From Patescibacteria group bacterium (GTDB taxonomy: Bacteria; Patescibacteriota; WWE3; UBA101185; UBA10185): a stretch of 64,000 bases of DNA. The first letter of the stretch is position 1, and the number at the start of each line of letters is the position of its first letter. Of the stretch, positions 9,105 to 18,411 are shown piece after piece. The notes beneath the pieces were generated by a model. That model saw only the letters and a program-made list of their open reading frames with translations, was not told the DNA's origin and did no database searches. The translations under genes were made by a program, and so were the position numbers. The stretch lies in the NCBI GenBank assembly GCA_016926555.1, contig JAFGOI010000004.1:168996-232995 (forward strand). Direction: 5' to 3'.

Positions 9105-10862
9105 TTAATCTATTACCATCAAACTCTTCTCAACGACTTCTCCGTTGAAGGTTTCATATCTCACCTTGCTTGATCCTTTGGGAAGGAATAGTGTCACCTC
9201 TTCATCTGGTGCGAGATTTTGGATTTTATTATTGATGTCGTATACAAAAACGTGACCTTCGTTTTTCAACTTGAATTTTTGGTTGCCTCTAAGGATTTGT
9301 AATATATTAAAATTCCTCTTTTTGATTAATATCAGTTTTTCTTCAAATGCTCTGGGGTCTTCTTCCTGTGCGAAATCGACGTCAACTAGGTTGCCTATAT
9401 CCGAAAATCTGTATGTTCCGGCTGGTAAAGGGTATTCCGATTCAGTTCCTCTGATTACAAAAGCAAAATGATTTGTATCCGTTTTGGTGAAATAGTCGAC
9501 TTTGGCGGTATTTCCCCAAGTTGGGTCGACTTGTATCCAGCCGTAAAATGGGTCATAGAACTCTGCCCATGCGTGAAGGTAATCTCCTCCCCTCAATTTT
9601 ATTGAAAGTGGTTTGTCCTCTGATAAATTTGAAAATGCGTGCCCGTTAATTTCCCGGGCAGGTATCCCCATAGATCTTGCTATGGTTATAAATAGATCCG
9701 AAAACTCCATGCAGGTCCATGGTTTCTTTTGCGTAGCGGCTTTTAGGGCTCCGTTTCTTTGTATATTGCCGTTTTCTACAGCCTCGTAGTTGTATTCAAG
9801 ATTATTTACTACGTAGTTGTAAGTTTCTTGGGCGTTTTGAATCACATTGTTGTCTTCGTTAATCAATGTCTTTGCTATTTTCTGTATCTCCGGAGAGTTG
9901 ACTTCCCAGTAAGGCTGTTCATTCGTATATGCTTTGATATATTTTTTCGGTATATTATCCATCTCTCCGCCGAATTCAGAATTGATCTGTCTGCCTGTAA
10001 TTCTCGCTTTACCTGTTACTGTGATTTCGAGTTTGCCCCTAGATTTTATCTTATATCTTGCCATTGCATTTCCATTGGAATCCAGGACAACGTTTTTTGG
10101 CGCGGGTGTAATGTTTTCGTACTTCACTTGCTGTATATGCGGGATATCCGGTGGGAGGGCTATTTCGTAAGTGCCCGGCAGGATAGAAGGATTCTCTATT
10201 TGATATGTCAACCTAAAATTCACAATTTGATATTTGCCGAAAGAAGCTGAAATTCCTTTGTCAATAAGCTGCTCTCTTGTTAAATAATAATTCGTTTTTC
10301 CGTTACTGTTTTCTTCTGTCACAGGCGATGGAGAGATGTACACTTTTGGACCGAATTGATTAGGTATTGATAGTTGCACGTTATAGAATGCTGTAGATTT
10401 AGTAAATTCGGTTTTTGGAATGTTAATGTTCCAAATTTCTCCTACTTTTGATGAAAGGTCTGTTGTTTTGTAAATCAATTCAATTTTATTTTGTCGTCCT
10501 TCTCCGATAACATAATTCGTTATATTCAGTTTGATCTTTGTTTCATTGTTTTCAGAAGTTTTCTCGGGTTCTATGGACTTGTTGTTTACGGTTGCAGATA
10601 TACCATATACTTCCATTTGTTTGAATGTTAGTGTGTAACTACTTGCGATTACATCGCTGACCAGATTTGTTACATTTATATTTTGGGTTACTACCGCTTC
10701 CCCGTTTTCTTGAAAGTCAAAATGAATTTTATACTCAGTTGAAAACTGCTCGGTTTTAGCGTATGCCTTTTGTGTCAAATGTGTCAAAGGAAATATGCAT
10801 AATAAGCCCAGAGTAGTCAGTAAACTGCCAATAGATTTGATTTTCATCAGTAACTTGGGCAC
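9105..10862 (-). CDS. Exported transglutaminase-like (Cys-His-Asp) protein
   Basis: Signal peptide ending AYA; triad motifs TCMEFS, HAWAEFY and VDPTW. Confidence 0.85.
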   Translation of the reverse strand: MPKLLMKIKSIGSLLTTLGLLCIFPLTHLTQKAYAKTEQFSTEYKIHFDFQENGEAVVTQNINVTNLVSDVIASSYTLTFKQMEVYGISATVNNKSIEPEKTSENNETKIKLNITNYVIGEGRQNKIELIYKTTDLSSKVGEIWNINIPKTEFTKSTAFYNVQLSIPNQFGPKVYISPSPVTEENSNGKTNYYLTREQLIDKGISASFGKYQIVNFRLTYQIENPSILPGTYEIALPPDIPHIQQVKYENITPAPKNVVLDSNGNAMARYKIKSRGKLEITVTGKARITGRQINSEFGGEMDNIPKKYIKAYTNEQPYWEVNSPEIQKIAKTLINEDNNVIQNAQETYNYVVNNLEYNYEAVENGNIQRNGALKAATQKKPWTCMEFSDLFITIARSMGIPAREINGHAFSNLSEDKPLSIKLRGGDYLHAWAEFYDPFYGWIQVDPTWGNTAKVDYFTKTDTNHFAFVIRGTESEYPLPAGTYRFSDIGNLVDVDFAQEEDPRAFEEKLILIKKRNFNILQILRGNQKFKLKNEGHVFVYDINNKIQNLAPDEEVTLFLPKGSSKVRYETFNGEVVEKSLMVID

Positions 10863-10900
10863 ACGATAATTTTACATTATTAATAGTACAATAACACTAA

Positions 10901-12256
10901 ATGAGTGACGTATTAAAAGAAAAAGTTAAGAAATTACCCCGTTCCCCGGGTATATATAAGTTTCTAGATAAAAACGAGAGAATTATTTACGTTGGTAAAG
11001 CTATTGACTTAAAGTCGCGTGTCGGATCTTACTTTAGTGTAAAACTTGATCCGGGGTCTAAAACTTATATTTTGGTTTCCGAAATTAGAGATATCGCCTA
11101 TATAGAGACCGAATCGGAAATAGAGGCGTTAGTTTTAGAGGCCGAATTAATCAAGAAGTATAAACCCAGGTTTAATATAAACCTCAAGGATAATAAGTCT
11201 TTTTTGTACATTGTTGTTAGACCGGAGAAAAAAGAAGTAAGGGGCAGATTGCGCACGTTATCTTCAGTGTTTATCTTGAGAAAACAGGATCTTGAGAAAG
11301 GCGATACTTACTTTGGCCCTTTTCCCAGCAGCCGGATTACAAGATCAGTAGTTCGTACATTAAGAAAGGTGTTTCCGCATAAAGATTGCAGCCCGTCAAA
11401 ATTTACCAGATATAGAAAAGTGCAAAAGACTTGTCTATATGGCCATATAGGTCTGTGCACAGGACCTTGCGTAAATGATGATAATACTGAGATCAGAGAG
11501 TATCAGTCTTATATAAATAAAATAAAGAAATTTCTTGGGGGAGATACGTCTTCATTAATTCAAGGGGTAGTAAAGCAAATGAATGCCGCTTCGAAGAGTC
11601 TTAAGTATGAAAAAGCGGCTTTCTATAGAGATTTGCTGGAGAAGTTTAATTATATCCGTCAGAGTTTCAGGACCCCAAGAGAGTATATGGAAAACCCTTA
11701 TCTCAAATATGATTTGGCGGAGGATGCAGTTGAAGAACTGCGAGAAGTACTGCCTACCCTTCATAAATTGCCTGAGAGGATTGAATGTTACGATATTTCA
11801 ACTATTTCTGGGGATTCTTCGGTTGGATCGATGGTTGTGGCGTTGATGGGCAATCTAGATACTACGGAATATAGAAGATTTAGGATTAAAACAAAAAATA
11901 CGCCAGACGATTTTGAGATGATGCGAGAGGTCTTGTCTAGGAGGCTAAAAAGAGAAAGGAGCAGATCAAAAAATGTTAAAAAATGGGGGTTACCAGATCT
12001 TATTGTTGTAGATGGGGGAAAAGGGCAAGTTAGCGCAGTAAGGGAGATTTTGTCCTGGTTAAATTTTGATATATGCGTAATAGGTTTGGCTAAGAAGAAT
12101 GAAACTGTTATTTATTATGAAAACGGCCAGTACAGGTGTCTTTCCCCGAATAGAGATGCGAAACCAATGAAGTTGCTCATAAAGCTTAGGGATGAGTCCC
12201 ACAGGTTTGCACAAAGCTATCACCACTTGCTTCGCAAGAAAAGTCTGCGAGAATGA
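10901..12256 (+). CDS. uvrC: Excinuclease ABC subunit C (short form, no clear C-terminal HhH)
   Basis: GIY-YIG (PGIY...IYVGKA), Cys cluster, UVR motif, RNase H-like RIECYDIS / DGGKGQ / RDESHRFA. Confidence 0.95.
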   Translation: MSDVLKEKVKKLPRSPGIYKFLDKNERIIYVGKAIDLKSRVGSYFSVKLDPGSKTYILVSEIRDIAYIETESEIEALVLEAELIKKYKPRFNINLKDNKSFLYIVVRPEKKEVRGRLRTLSSVFILRKQDLEKGDTYFGPFPSSRITRSVVRTLRKVFPHKDCSPSKFTRYRKVQKTCLYGHIGLCTGPCVNDDNTEIREYQSYINKIKKFLGGDTSSLIQGVVKQMNAASKSLKYEKAAFYRDLLEKFNYIRQSFRTPREYMENPYLKYDLAEDAVEELREVLPTLHKLPERIECYDISTISGDSSVGSMVVALMGNLDTTEYRRFRIKTKNTPDDFEMMREVLSRRLKRERSRSKNVKKWGLPDLIVVDGGKGQVSAVREILSWLNFDICVIGLAKKNETVIYYENGQYRCLSPNRDAKPMKLLIKLRDESHRFAQSYHHLLRKKSLRE

Positions 12257-12273
12257 AGTATAATTCATAACTA

Positions 12274-12684
12274 ATGAGGGCTTTATTAAAAGTAATCACG
12301 TTTGTCATTTTGTCGGTGTTGGCTTCGCAGTATGTTTTAAGCAGTTTTGATTACGGAGGCAGCCAAAGTAGAACAACGATACTGATAGTTATTGCGCTGA
12401 CACTCCTTTATTACTTCCTTAAACCGGTATTAGTTATTATAGGATTACCGCATCGTGGTTTGGGATTTGCCTTTCTTTTATTAGTAATGACGTCTTTAGT
12501 TTTGTATGTTTTGACAGTATTTCTCCCAGATTTCTACATTAGAGATACAACAATATCAAATTTGAATATTTTTGGCTTTGTGCTACCATCTAAACACCTG
12601 ACTGGCCTTTGGTCAGGTATTTTTTCAGCTTTGGTAATAAGTATTGTATATACTTATCTTGATTGGCTCGGGTCGAAAAAATGA
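12274..12684 (+). CDS. 4-TM membrane protein, YvlD/phage-holin-family-like
   Basis: Four hydrophobic segments, LKPVL..IGLP pattern, position next to uvrC and secG. Confidence 0.6.
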   Translation: MRALLKVITFVILSVLASQYVLSSFDYGGSQSRTTILIVIALTLLYYFLKPVLVIIGLPHRGLGFAFLLLVMTSLVLYVLTVFLPDFYIRDTTISNLNIFGFVLPSKHLTGLWSGIFSALVISIVYTYLDWLGSKK

Positions 12685-12905
12685 ATTATTTAAATGTAGG
12701 TAAGATAGCGCAAATTTTAATATCAGTGTTACTGATGGTTTTAACACTGGTACAGTCAAAAGGAACCGGGTTAGCGCAGGGACTAAAAAGCTCGTTTAGC
12801 GGGTATCGTTCGATGCGGGGAGTTGAGAGGATCGTTTTCATCGCAACTATTGTTGCAACTGTACTATTTGTTGCTAATTCCCTGTTCATAATTGCTCTAA
12901 GTTAA
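12681..12905 (+). CDS. secG: Preprotein translocase subunit SecG
   Basis: Two TM helices with VQSKGTGL loop and RGVER. ATG 12681 overlaps the upstream stop (ATGA). Confidence 0.85.
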   Translation: MNYLNVGKIAQILISVLLMVLTLVQSKGTGLAQGLKSSFSGYRSMRGVERIVFIATIVATVLFVANSLFIIALS

Positions 12906-12908
12906 TAT

Positions 12909-14246
12909 ATGGCTTCAATTACAGTAGAAGGTAAACATCCTTTGGTAGGGGAAGTTAGAGTCTCCGGAGCTAAGAATGTTGCAACAAAAGTAATTTGTGC
13001 CTCATTGTTTTCAAGTGAAGATATAGTTTTAGAGAATGTTCCTCGGGTCACGTCTGTAATAAACGATCTAGAACTGATCAAAAGTATAGGTGGTACGGCT
13101 ATATGGACGGGTACAAATACAGTTACAGTAAATGGATCCAACATTAATACATATGATGTGCCGTATGAATTGGGTTCAAGGACTAAGACTTCGGTTTTGT
13201 TAACTGGTCCTCTGCTGTTTAGGTTCGGGAAGGCTAGAATACCTAAATTTGCACCGGAAACTTTTAAGCCCGGGCCGTTGAACAGGTTTATTGATACATG
13301 GGAAAGACTTGGGGTAAGAGTTGAGGAAAATGATATTTTTTATGAACTAGATGCATCCGCCATAAAATCGTCCAATATATTATTCTCTTTACCTACGCAT
13401 ATGGGTACAGATAGCGCTATATTATCTTCGCTATTTGTTCCGGGCGAGACAATTATTGATAACGCATCAGAGGAAATTGAAGTTGACAGCCTTATGGATT
13501 TCTGTAATTTAATCGGCGGTTCTGTAACGAGAGTGGATCCAAAGAGGCTCTCTATCAAAGGAACAAATATCTTTAAAGGGGGCAAGTACAAGCTGAGCCC
13601 CGATAAAGCGGAGATAGCCGTTTTCGCTTCATTAGCTATTCTTACCAATGGAAATATAATAGTAAAGGGCGCGGATAGAGTGGCGATGATCCCTTTTGTT
13701 AACTTTCTCACAAAAATAGGTGCAAGATATGAATTTGTAGACGAAGGACTAAAGGTGTGGCACGATGGTTCGCCGTTAAATCCTGTAGATGTAACGATCG
13801 CGCCCACACCGGGACTAGTTCCTGATTGGAAACCGCTTCTCATATTGTTACTGCTAAAAGCTGATGGAGTGAGTATTGTTCATGATACAGTCTATGTTGA
13901 TAGAAACGAGTTTACGAAAGACTTGAACCGTATGAGTGCTGGTTTAGAAGTGCTAAAACCTTCCGATGTAGATCTGACGCCTGTTATAAGTGACGATTCG
14001 TATAGTATTGATACTCAAGGTGAACCCAGTACAATCATAAGAGTAAGCGGGCCTTGTAAACTAAGGGGAGAGAAATTACACATTGACGATACTCAGTATG
14101 GTGCAGTGCTTGTTCTGGCAGCGTTGTTTGCTGAAGGAAAAAGCTGTATAAGTGGAATCGAGAATGTGGATTACCACTTTGAGCGGTTTGTAGAAAAACT
14201 TAAGAATCTTGGAGCTAAAATAACAGCATATGAGAGTGATGATTGA
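12909..14246 (+). CDS. murA: MurA-family (enolpyruvyl transferase fold) protein with degenerate active site
   Basis: LVGEVRVSGAKN, LLTGPLLFRFG, FVEKLKNLGAKI match MurA. The PGGCxIGxRP loop is replaced by FAPETFKPGP. Confidence 0.8.
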   Translation: MASITVEGKHPLVGEVRVSGAKNVATKVICASLFSSEDIVLENVPRVTSVINDLELIKSIGGTAIWTGTNTVTVNGSNINTYDVPYELGSRTKTSVLLTGPLLFRFGKARIPKFAPETFKPGPLNRFIDTWERLGVRVEENDIFYELDASAIKSSNILFSLPTHMGTDSAILSSLFVPGETIIDNASEEIEVDSLMDFCNLIGGSVTRVDPKRLSIKGTNIFKGGKYKLSPDKAEIAVFASLAILTNGNIIVKGADRVAMIPFVNFLTKIGARYEFVDEGLKVWHDGSPLNPVDVTIAPTPGLVPDWKPLLILLLLKADGVSIVHDTVYVDRNEFTKDLNRMSAGLEVLKPSDVDLTPVISDDSYSIDTQGEPSTIIRVSGPCKLRGEKLHIDDTQYGAVLVLAALFAEGKSCISGIENVDYHFERFVEKLKNLGAKITAYESDD

Positions 14247-15306
14247 TCTAATATATCTTTTTATAGCGTCTGTAATATCGTTTCTTCTGTATCCCATATG
14301 GATAAATTTTGTATATAGGTTTCAAATGGGAGAAGAAATCAGGGGCGATGGTCCCAATACCCACCTAATCAAAAAAGGTACTCCCACTATGGGCGGCCTG
14401 GTATTTATTCTTGTAGTTGCTTTTGTAACCTTCATATTTAATAGATCGCGTACCCAAACTTTATTTCCGATATTTATTGCTTCCAGTGCAGGTTTATTGG
14501 GTTTAATTGAGGATTTTACTAAGGTGTATAAAAAATCGGGTTTACCTGGTTTTTTGGAATATCACTTTGGTAAGATTTTCAAAAAAAAGAAAAAGAAATC
14601 TACATTCAAACCATGGCTGGTGTTTAGAGAATTTTGGCGTGCAGTTGGAAGTAGTAGAGGAACAGGTGTGGAGACATACCAGAAGTTTCTTGTTCAGGCT
14701 TTAATGGGTGGTTTTGTGGCCTATTGGACTTATTTCAAACTTGGGTGGGATTATTTATGGCTTCCTTTAGTGGGCAATATACATTTGGGTTTGTTATATC
14801 CTTTATTTGTGTTTGTGCTGTTTATTATCGTGTTGAATGCGGTTGCTATTTCGGATGGTTTGGACGGTTTGGTGGGGGGGCTGTCTCTATTTTCTTTTAT
14901 ATCATTCTGGTTTATCTCGTATTTGCTGGAGTATTATTCGCTGGCTGGGTTCTGTGCGACCTTTGTGGGCGCGCTAATTCCTTTTTTGTATTTTAATGTT
15001 TATCCTGCAAGAATTTTCATGGGGAATGTGGGATCTCATGTGTTAGGGGCAACTTTGGTAGTACTAGCAGTTGTAATGCATAGGGAAGTTGCTCTGTTTT
15101 TTGTTGCGATTGTTATGCTGTTGGATGGTTTCACAAGTCCGTTACAGTCTCTTTCCGTGAAGTATACAGGAAAGAGGGTATTTCTAATGGCTCCTTTTCA
15201 TCATCACTTTGAATTACTAGGATGGCCTGAAACAAAAGTAACTTTAAGGTTCTGGTTGTTCGGAATCTTCTTTGCCTTTGTAGGTATATTTATTGCTCTA
15301 TTGTAA
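14230..15306 (+). CDS. mraY: Phospho-MurNAc-pentapeptide translocase-like protein with altered catalytic aspartates
   Basis: KKGTPTMGG, DGLDGL and MAPFHHHFEL present. DD reads ED, and FMGD reads FMGN. Start could be 14239. Confidence 0.9.
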   Translation: MRVMIDLIYLFIASVISFLLYPIWINFVYRFQMGEEIRGDGPNTHLIKKGTPTMGGLVFILVVAFVTFIFNRSRTQTLFPIFIASSAGLLGLIEDFTKVYKKSGLPGFLEYHFGKIFKKKKKKSTFKPWLVFREFWRAVGSSRGTGVETYQKFLVQALMGGFVAYWTYFKLGWDYLWLPLVGNIHLGLLYPLFVFVLFIIVLNAVAISDGLDGLVGGLSLFSFISFWFISYLLEYYSLAGFCATFVGALIPFLYFNVYPARIFMGNVGSHVLGATLVVLAVVMHREVALFFVAIVMLLDGFTSPLQSLSVKYTGKRVFLMAPFHHHFELLGWPETKVTLRFWLFGIFFAFVGIFIALL

Positions 15307-15308
15307 CT

Positions 15309-16460
15309 ATGAAAAAAACTCCTCCTGCTCATAACACCAGAAACCTCCTTATATTAATTTTTATACTTCTGTTTATCGGCATAATAGTAATATCCAGTTC
15401 TACATCGGTATATTCACAATCTTTATATGGAAGCCCTTATAGATTCACTATATTACAGGCAGGCTGGATAGTTTTGGGTTTAATAGGTTTTTACTTTTTT
15501 TATAAATATGACTATAAAAAGCTAGATCGCCTTTCTTATTTTCTATTTGTGGGAACAATTGTATTGCTGCTTCTCTTAGCGTTAGTGGGTTTTTTGCCGT
15601 GTGATAAAAGTATTTCATTTATACCTTGTATAAATGGTGCGAACAGATGGCTATTTTTGAATCCGGCTCCTTTGCCGGAAGTGCCTTTTCTTGGTGTGGT
15701 TGGGTTCCAACCTGGGGAGCTGGCAAAATTATCTCTGATAATTTATCTATCTATTCAAATATCAAAAAACCTAAAGAGAAATGAAGACGTTTTCGTTGTT
15801 TATGCAGTTGTATCCGGATTGACCTCTCTTCTTATATTATTTCAGCCTAATATGTCGACTGCTGTAATGGTTTTTGCTTTGGGTTCGATGATTTATTTTT
15901 CGTCAGATGCACCCTTGGGTACACTTTTAAAAATGGTGCCTATTGCCCTTGTAGCTGTAGTGATTTTAGTAGTTTCTTCTCCGTATAGACGGGAAAGGTT
16001 AGTATCTCTTCTCGGACTTGGCAAGGAAGAAACAAGCTATCATATGGAGCAAATACTAATATCTTTAGGTTCTGGGGGTTTAACCGGAGTAGGTTTCGGC
16101 CAGTCGATGCAAAAGTTTCATTATTTGCCGGAAATTGCTTCGGATTCAATATTTGCGGTTATAGGAGAAGAGTTCGGTCTTATTGGTACTACCACACTTG
16201 TAGTAATCTTTTCGTATTTTATATATATAGGGTATAGAATATCTCAAGAATCGAAGGATACACTTGGAAGATTGTTGGCAGTTGGTATTACTTCTTGGGT
16301 GGCCTTACAGTTTTTTGTTAATACAGCTGCCATGACAGGTATAATACCTTTAACCGGAGTGCCTATGCCTTTAATATCCTACGGAGGTTCTTCTATGGTG
16401 TTTAGTATGATGGGAATGGGAATATTAGCAAGCATATCTCGGGATATTGAATCTTCATAA
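15309..16460 (+). CDS. ftsW: SEDS peptidoglycan glycosyltransferase FtsW
   Basis: NGANRW, FQPGELAK, GSGGLTGVG, LPEIASDSIF, P.TGVPMPLISYGGSS; dcw context. Confidence 0.93.
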   Translation: MKKTPPAHNTRNLLILIFILLFIGIIVISSSTSVYSQSLYGSPYRFTILQAGWIVLGLIGFYFFYKYDYKKLDRLSYFLFVGTIVLLLLLALVGFLPCDKSISFIPCINGANRWLFLNPAPLPEVPFLGVVGFQPGELAKLSLIIYLSIQISKNLKRNEDVFVVYAVVSGLTSLLILFQPNMSTAVMVFALGSMIYFSSDAPLGTLLKMVPIALVAVVILVVSSPYRRERLVSLLGLGKEETSYHMEQILISLGSGGLTGVGFGQSMQKFHYLPEIASDSIFAVIGEEFGLIGTTTLVVIFSYFIYIGYRISQESKDTLGRLLAVGITSWVALQFFVNTAAMTGIIPLTGVPMPLISYGGSSMVFSMMGMGILASISRDIESS

Positions 16461-16503
16461 ATACAATTATTGCCGATTTTTCAACTGAGTTATAATACGA
16501 GTA

Positions 16504-17610
16504 ATGAAAATAGTTATGACGGGAGGTCACCATTCATCGGCACTTCCTGTGATCAAGGAATTAAAAAAAAGACAAACTGATGTTGATATTATCTGGCTGG
16601 GGCATAGAAGGTCTCAGAGAGGTAATGCGAGTGACACACTTGAATATACTGAGATCACTTCAATGAACATTAAGTTCTATAACCTTAACGCCGGAAAGTT
16701 TTATAGAACAATTGATCCAGTAAGACTAATAAAAATACCCCTTGGTTTTCTGCAGGCGCTAGTTATATTAATCAAAGAAAAACCGGATATTATTCTTTCG
16801 TTTGGAGGTTATTTGGCTGTTCCGCCGGTAATTATGGGCTGGTTGCTTGGAATACCAAGTGTTACTCATGAACAGACTGTTACATCCGGGTACGCGAATA
16901 AACTTATATCTAAGTTTGTAAAGAGAATATTTGTCTCTTGGCCGGATTCGGAGAATCAGTTTGATAGTGGAAAAGTTGTTTTTACGGGGCTTCCCCTGAG
17001 AGAAGCGATATTCAAACAAAGTTCAGATTCTTTCAAAGCGGACAATTCTCTTCCATATGTTTACGTAACTGCAGGCAAAACCGGTTCGCACTTGATAAAC
17101 GGAATTGTACAAAAGTGTTTATTGGATTTGCTCTCAATATGTAATGTCATACATCAGTGTGGGGATCATTCACAGTATAAAGATATTGATGTACTCCAAG
17201 GTCATTATGAAAAAATAAAAGATAATGTCCGGGGGAAGTATTTTTTGAGAAAATTTGTTTTTGAAGATGAAATTGGTGAAGCTCTTACTAGAGCGTCAGT
17301 TGTGATCTCAAGGGCAGGAGCGCACACCATTATGGAGTTACTATATTTGGGTAAGCCGGCTGTGTTGATTCCCATACCATGGGCATCTCATGATGAGCAG
17401 AATAAAAATGCCCAGATGTTAAGGAAATACAAACTATGTGAAATTATTGATGAAGCCAATTTAACGCCAAAATTATTAGTAGACACAGTTAACAAAATTT
17501 TAGCTTCGTATGACAACTATTTAGAAGTCGGCAAATTAAATAGCAAATTTAAGGTAAATAATGCCGCGAGTTTAATTATCGATGAGGTAATGAAAGTTGT
17601 TGGAAGCTAA
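16504..17610 (+). CDS. murG: Lipid I GlcNAc transferase MurG
   Basis: TGGH, FGGY, HEQ, SRAGA, DEQNKNA. Confidence 0.92.
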   Translation: MKIVMTGGHHSSALPVIKELKKRQTDVDIIWLGHRRSQRGNASDTLEYTEITSMNIKFYNLNAGKFYRTIDPVRLIKIPLGFLQALVILIKEKPDIILSFGGYLAVPPVIMGWLLGIPSVTHEQTVTSGYANKLISKFVKRIFVSWPDSENQFDSGKVVFTGLPLREAIFKQSSDSFKADNSLPYVYVTAGKTGSHLINGIVQKCLLDLLSICNVIHQCGDHSQYKDIDVLQGHYEKIKDNVRGKYFLRKFVFEDEIGEALTRASVVISRAGAHTIMELLYLGKPAVLIPIPWASHDEQNKNAQMLRKYKLCEIIDEANLTPKLLVDTVNKILASYDNYLEVGKLNSKFKVNNAASLIIDEVMKVVGS

Positions 17611-18397
17611 AAACTTATCGTACAAAAAACGTTTTAGGAATAGACAGATTCGTAGGCCGAACAAATTTAGAGTAGGTGTAAGAAAGTACAAGTCCTTAGT
17701 ATTTACTTGTATTGCTCTCTCAATTTTGTCTGGCGCAGGATATATGATATATGGCTTTTTCTTTTTATCCGGAAGATATAATGTGAAACACATCTATGTT
17801 GCGGGTACTGAGCAATTTGTAAGTAAAGAGGATCTGAATAACTTGTTAAACGGACAGGTGTTGGGGGCAAATATTCTTGGTTTGGATCCGAAAGATTTAG
17901 AGAGTGCATTGCGGGATAATTTTCTTGGGATAAAAAGTGTTACAGTGACAAAAGATTTTCCCGATATTATTGAAGTCTTAGTTTTGGAACGGGTTCCCAA
18001 GTCCGTTGTATGTGACCCTAAAAAGGAATGTTTTTATATTGATGGGGAAGGCTATGTCTTGGGTGCAACAGGGTATGATGAGACAGATTTTCCAATAATT
18101 GATTACAGTGGTGATATATTTATAGGGAAGATTTTAGAGGAGGATGTTATTCCGGTAAGTTTTGAGATTCTCAATTTTTCAAAGAAACAAAAAATTAGTG
18201 TGAGCTCGATCAGTTACAAACCAGACTACTCTGAAATGTATATAAATGATGATATTGTGGTATTGATCAGCCATAGTAAGGACAAATCGGACGCTTTAAA
18301 AATAGTCGCGTCTTTATTGAATTTAAAAACGGATGATGGCAGAAGTATAAGGAAAATCGATTTACGATATGATAAAGTAGTAGTATCATATGATTAA
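17597..18397 (+). CDS. ftsQ: Cell division protein FtsQ/DivIB
   Basis: Basic N-terminus, one TM helix, POTRA-like region (KDFPDIIEVLVLER), C-terminal IDLRY; lies between murG and ftsA. Confidence 0.8.
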   Translation: MLEAKNLSYKKRFRNRQIRRPNKFRVGVRKYKSLVFTCIALSILSGAGYMIYGFFFLSGRYNVKHIYVAGTEQFVSKEDLNNLLNGQVLGANILGLDPKDLESALRDNFLGIKSVTVTKDFPDIIEVLVLERVPKSVVCDPKKECFYIDGEGYVLGATGYDETDFPIIDYSGDIFIGKILEEDVIPVSFEILNFSKKQKISVSSISYKPDYSEMYINDDIVVLISHSKDKSDALKIVASLLNLKTDDGRSIRKIDLRYDKVVVSYD

Positions 18398-18411
18398 ACT
18401 TTTTTGCCGTT

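Noticed and set aside
12274-12684. Prophage, suggested by the holin-family protein
   Set aside because: YvlD-like proteins are chromosomal, and there are no integrase, terminase or structural phage genes.
14581-14598. Slippage or phase variation at the poly-A run in mraY
   Set aside because: The frame is intact and encodes poly-Lys, and A-runs are common at this AT content.
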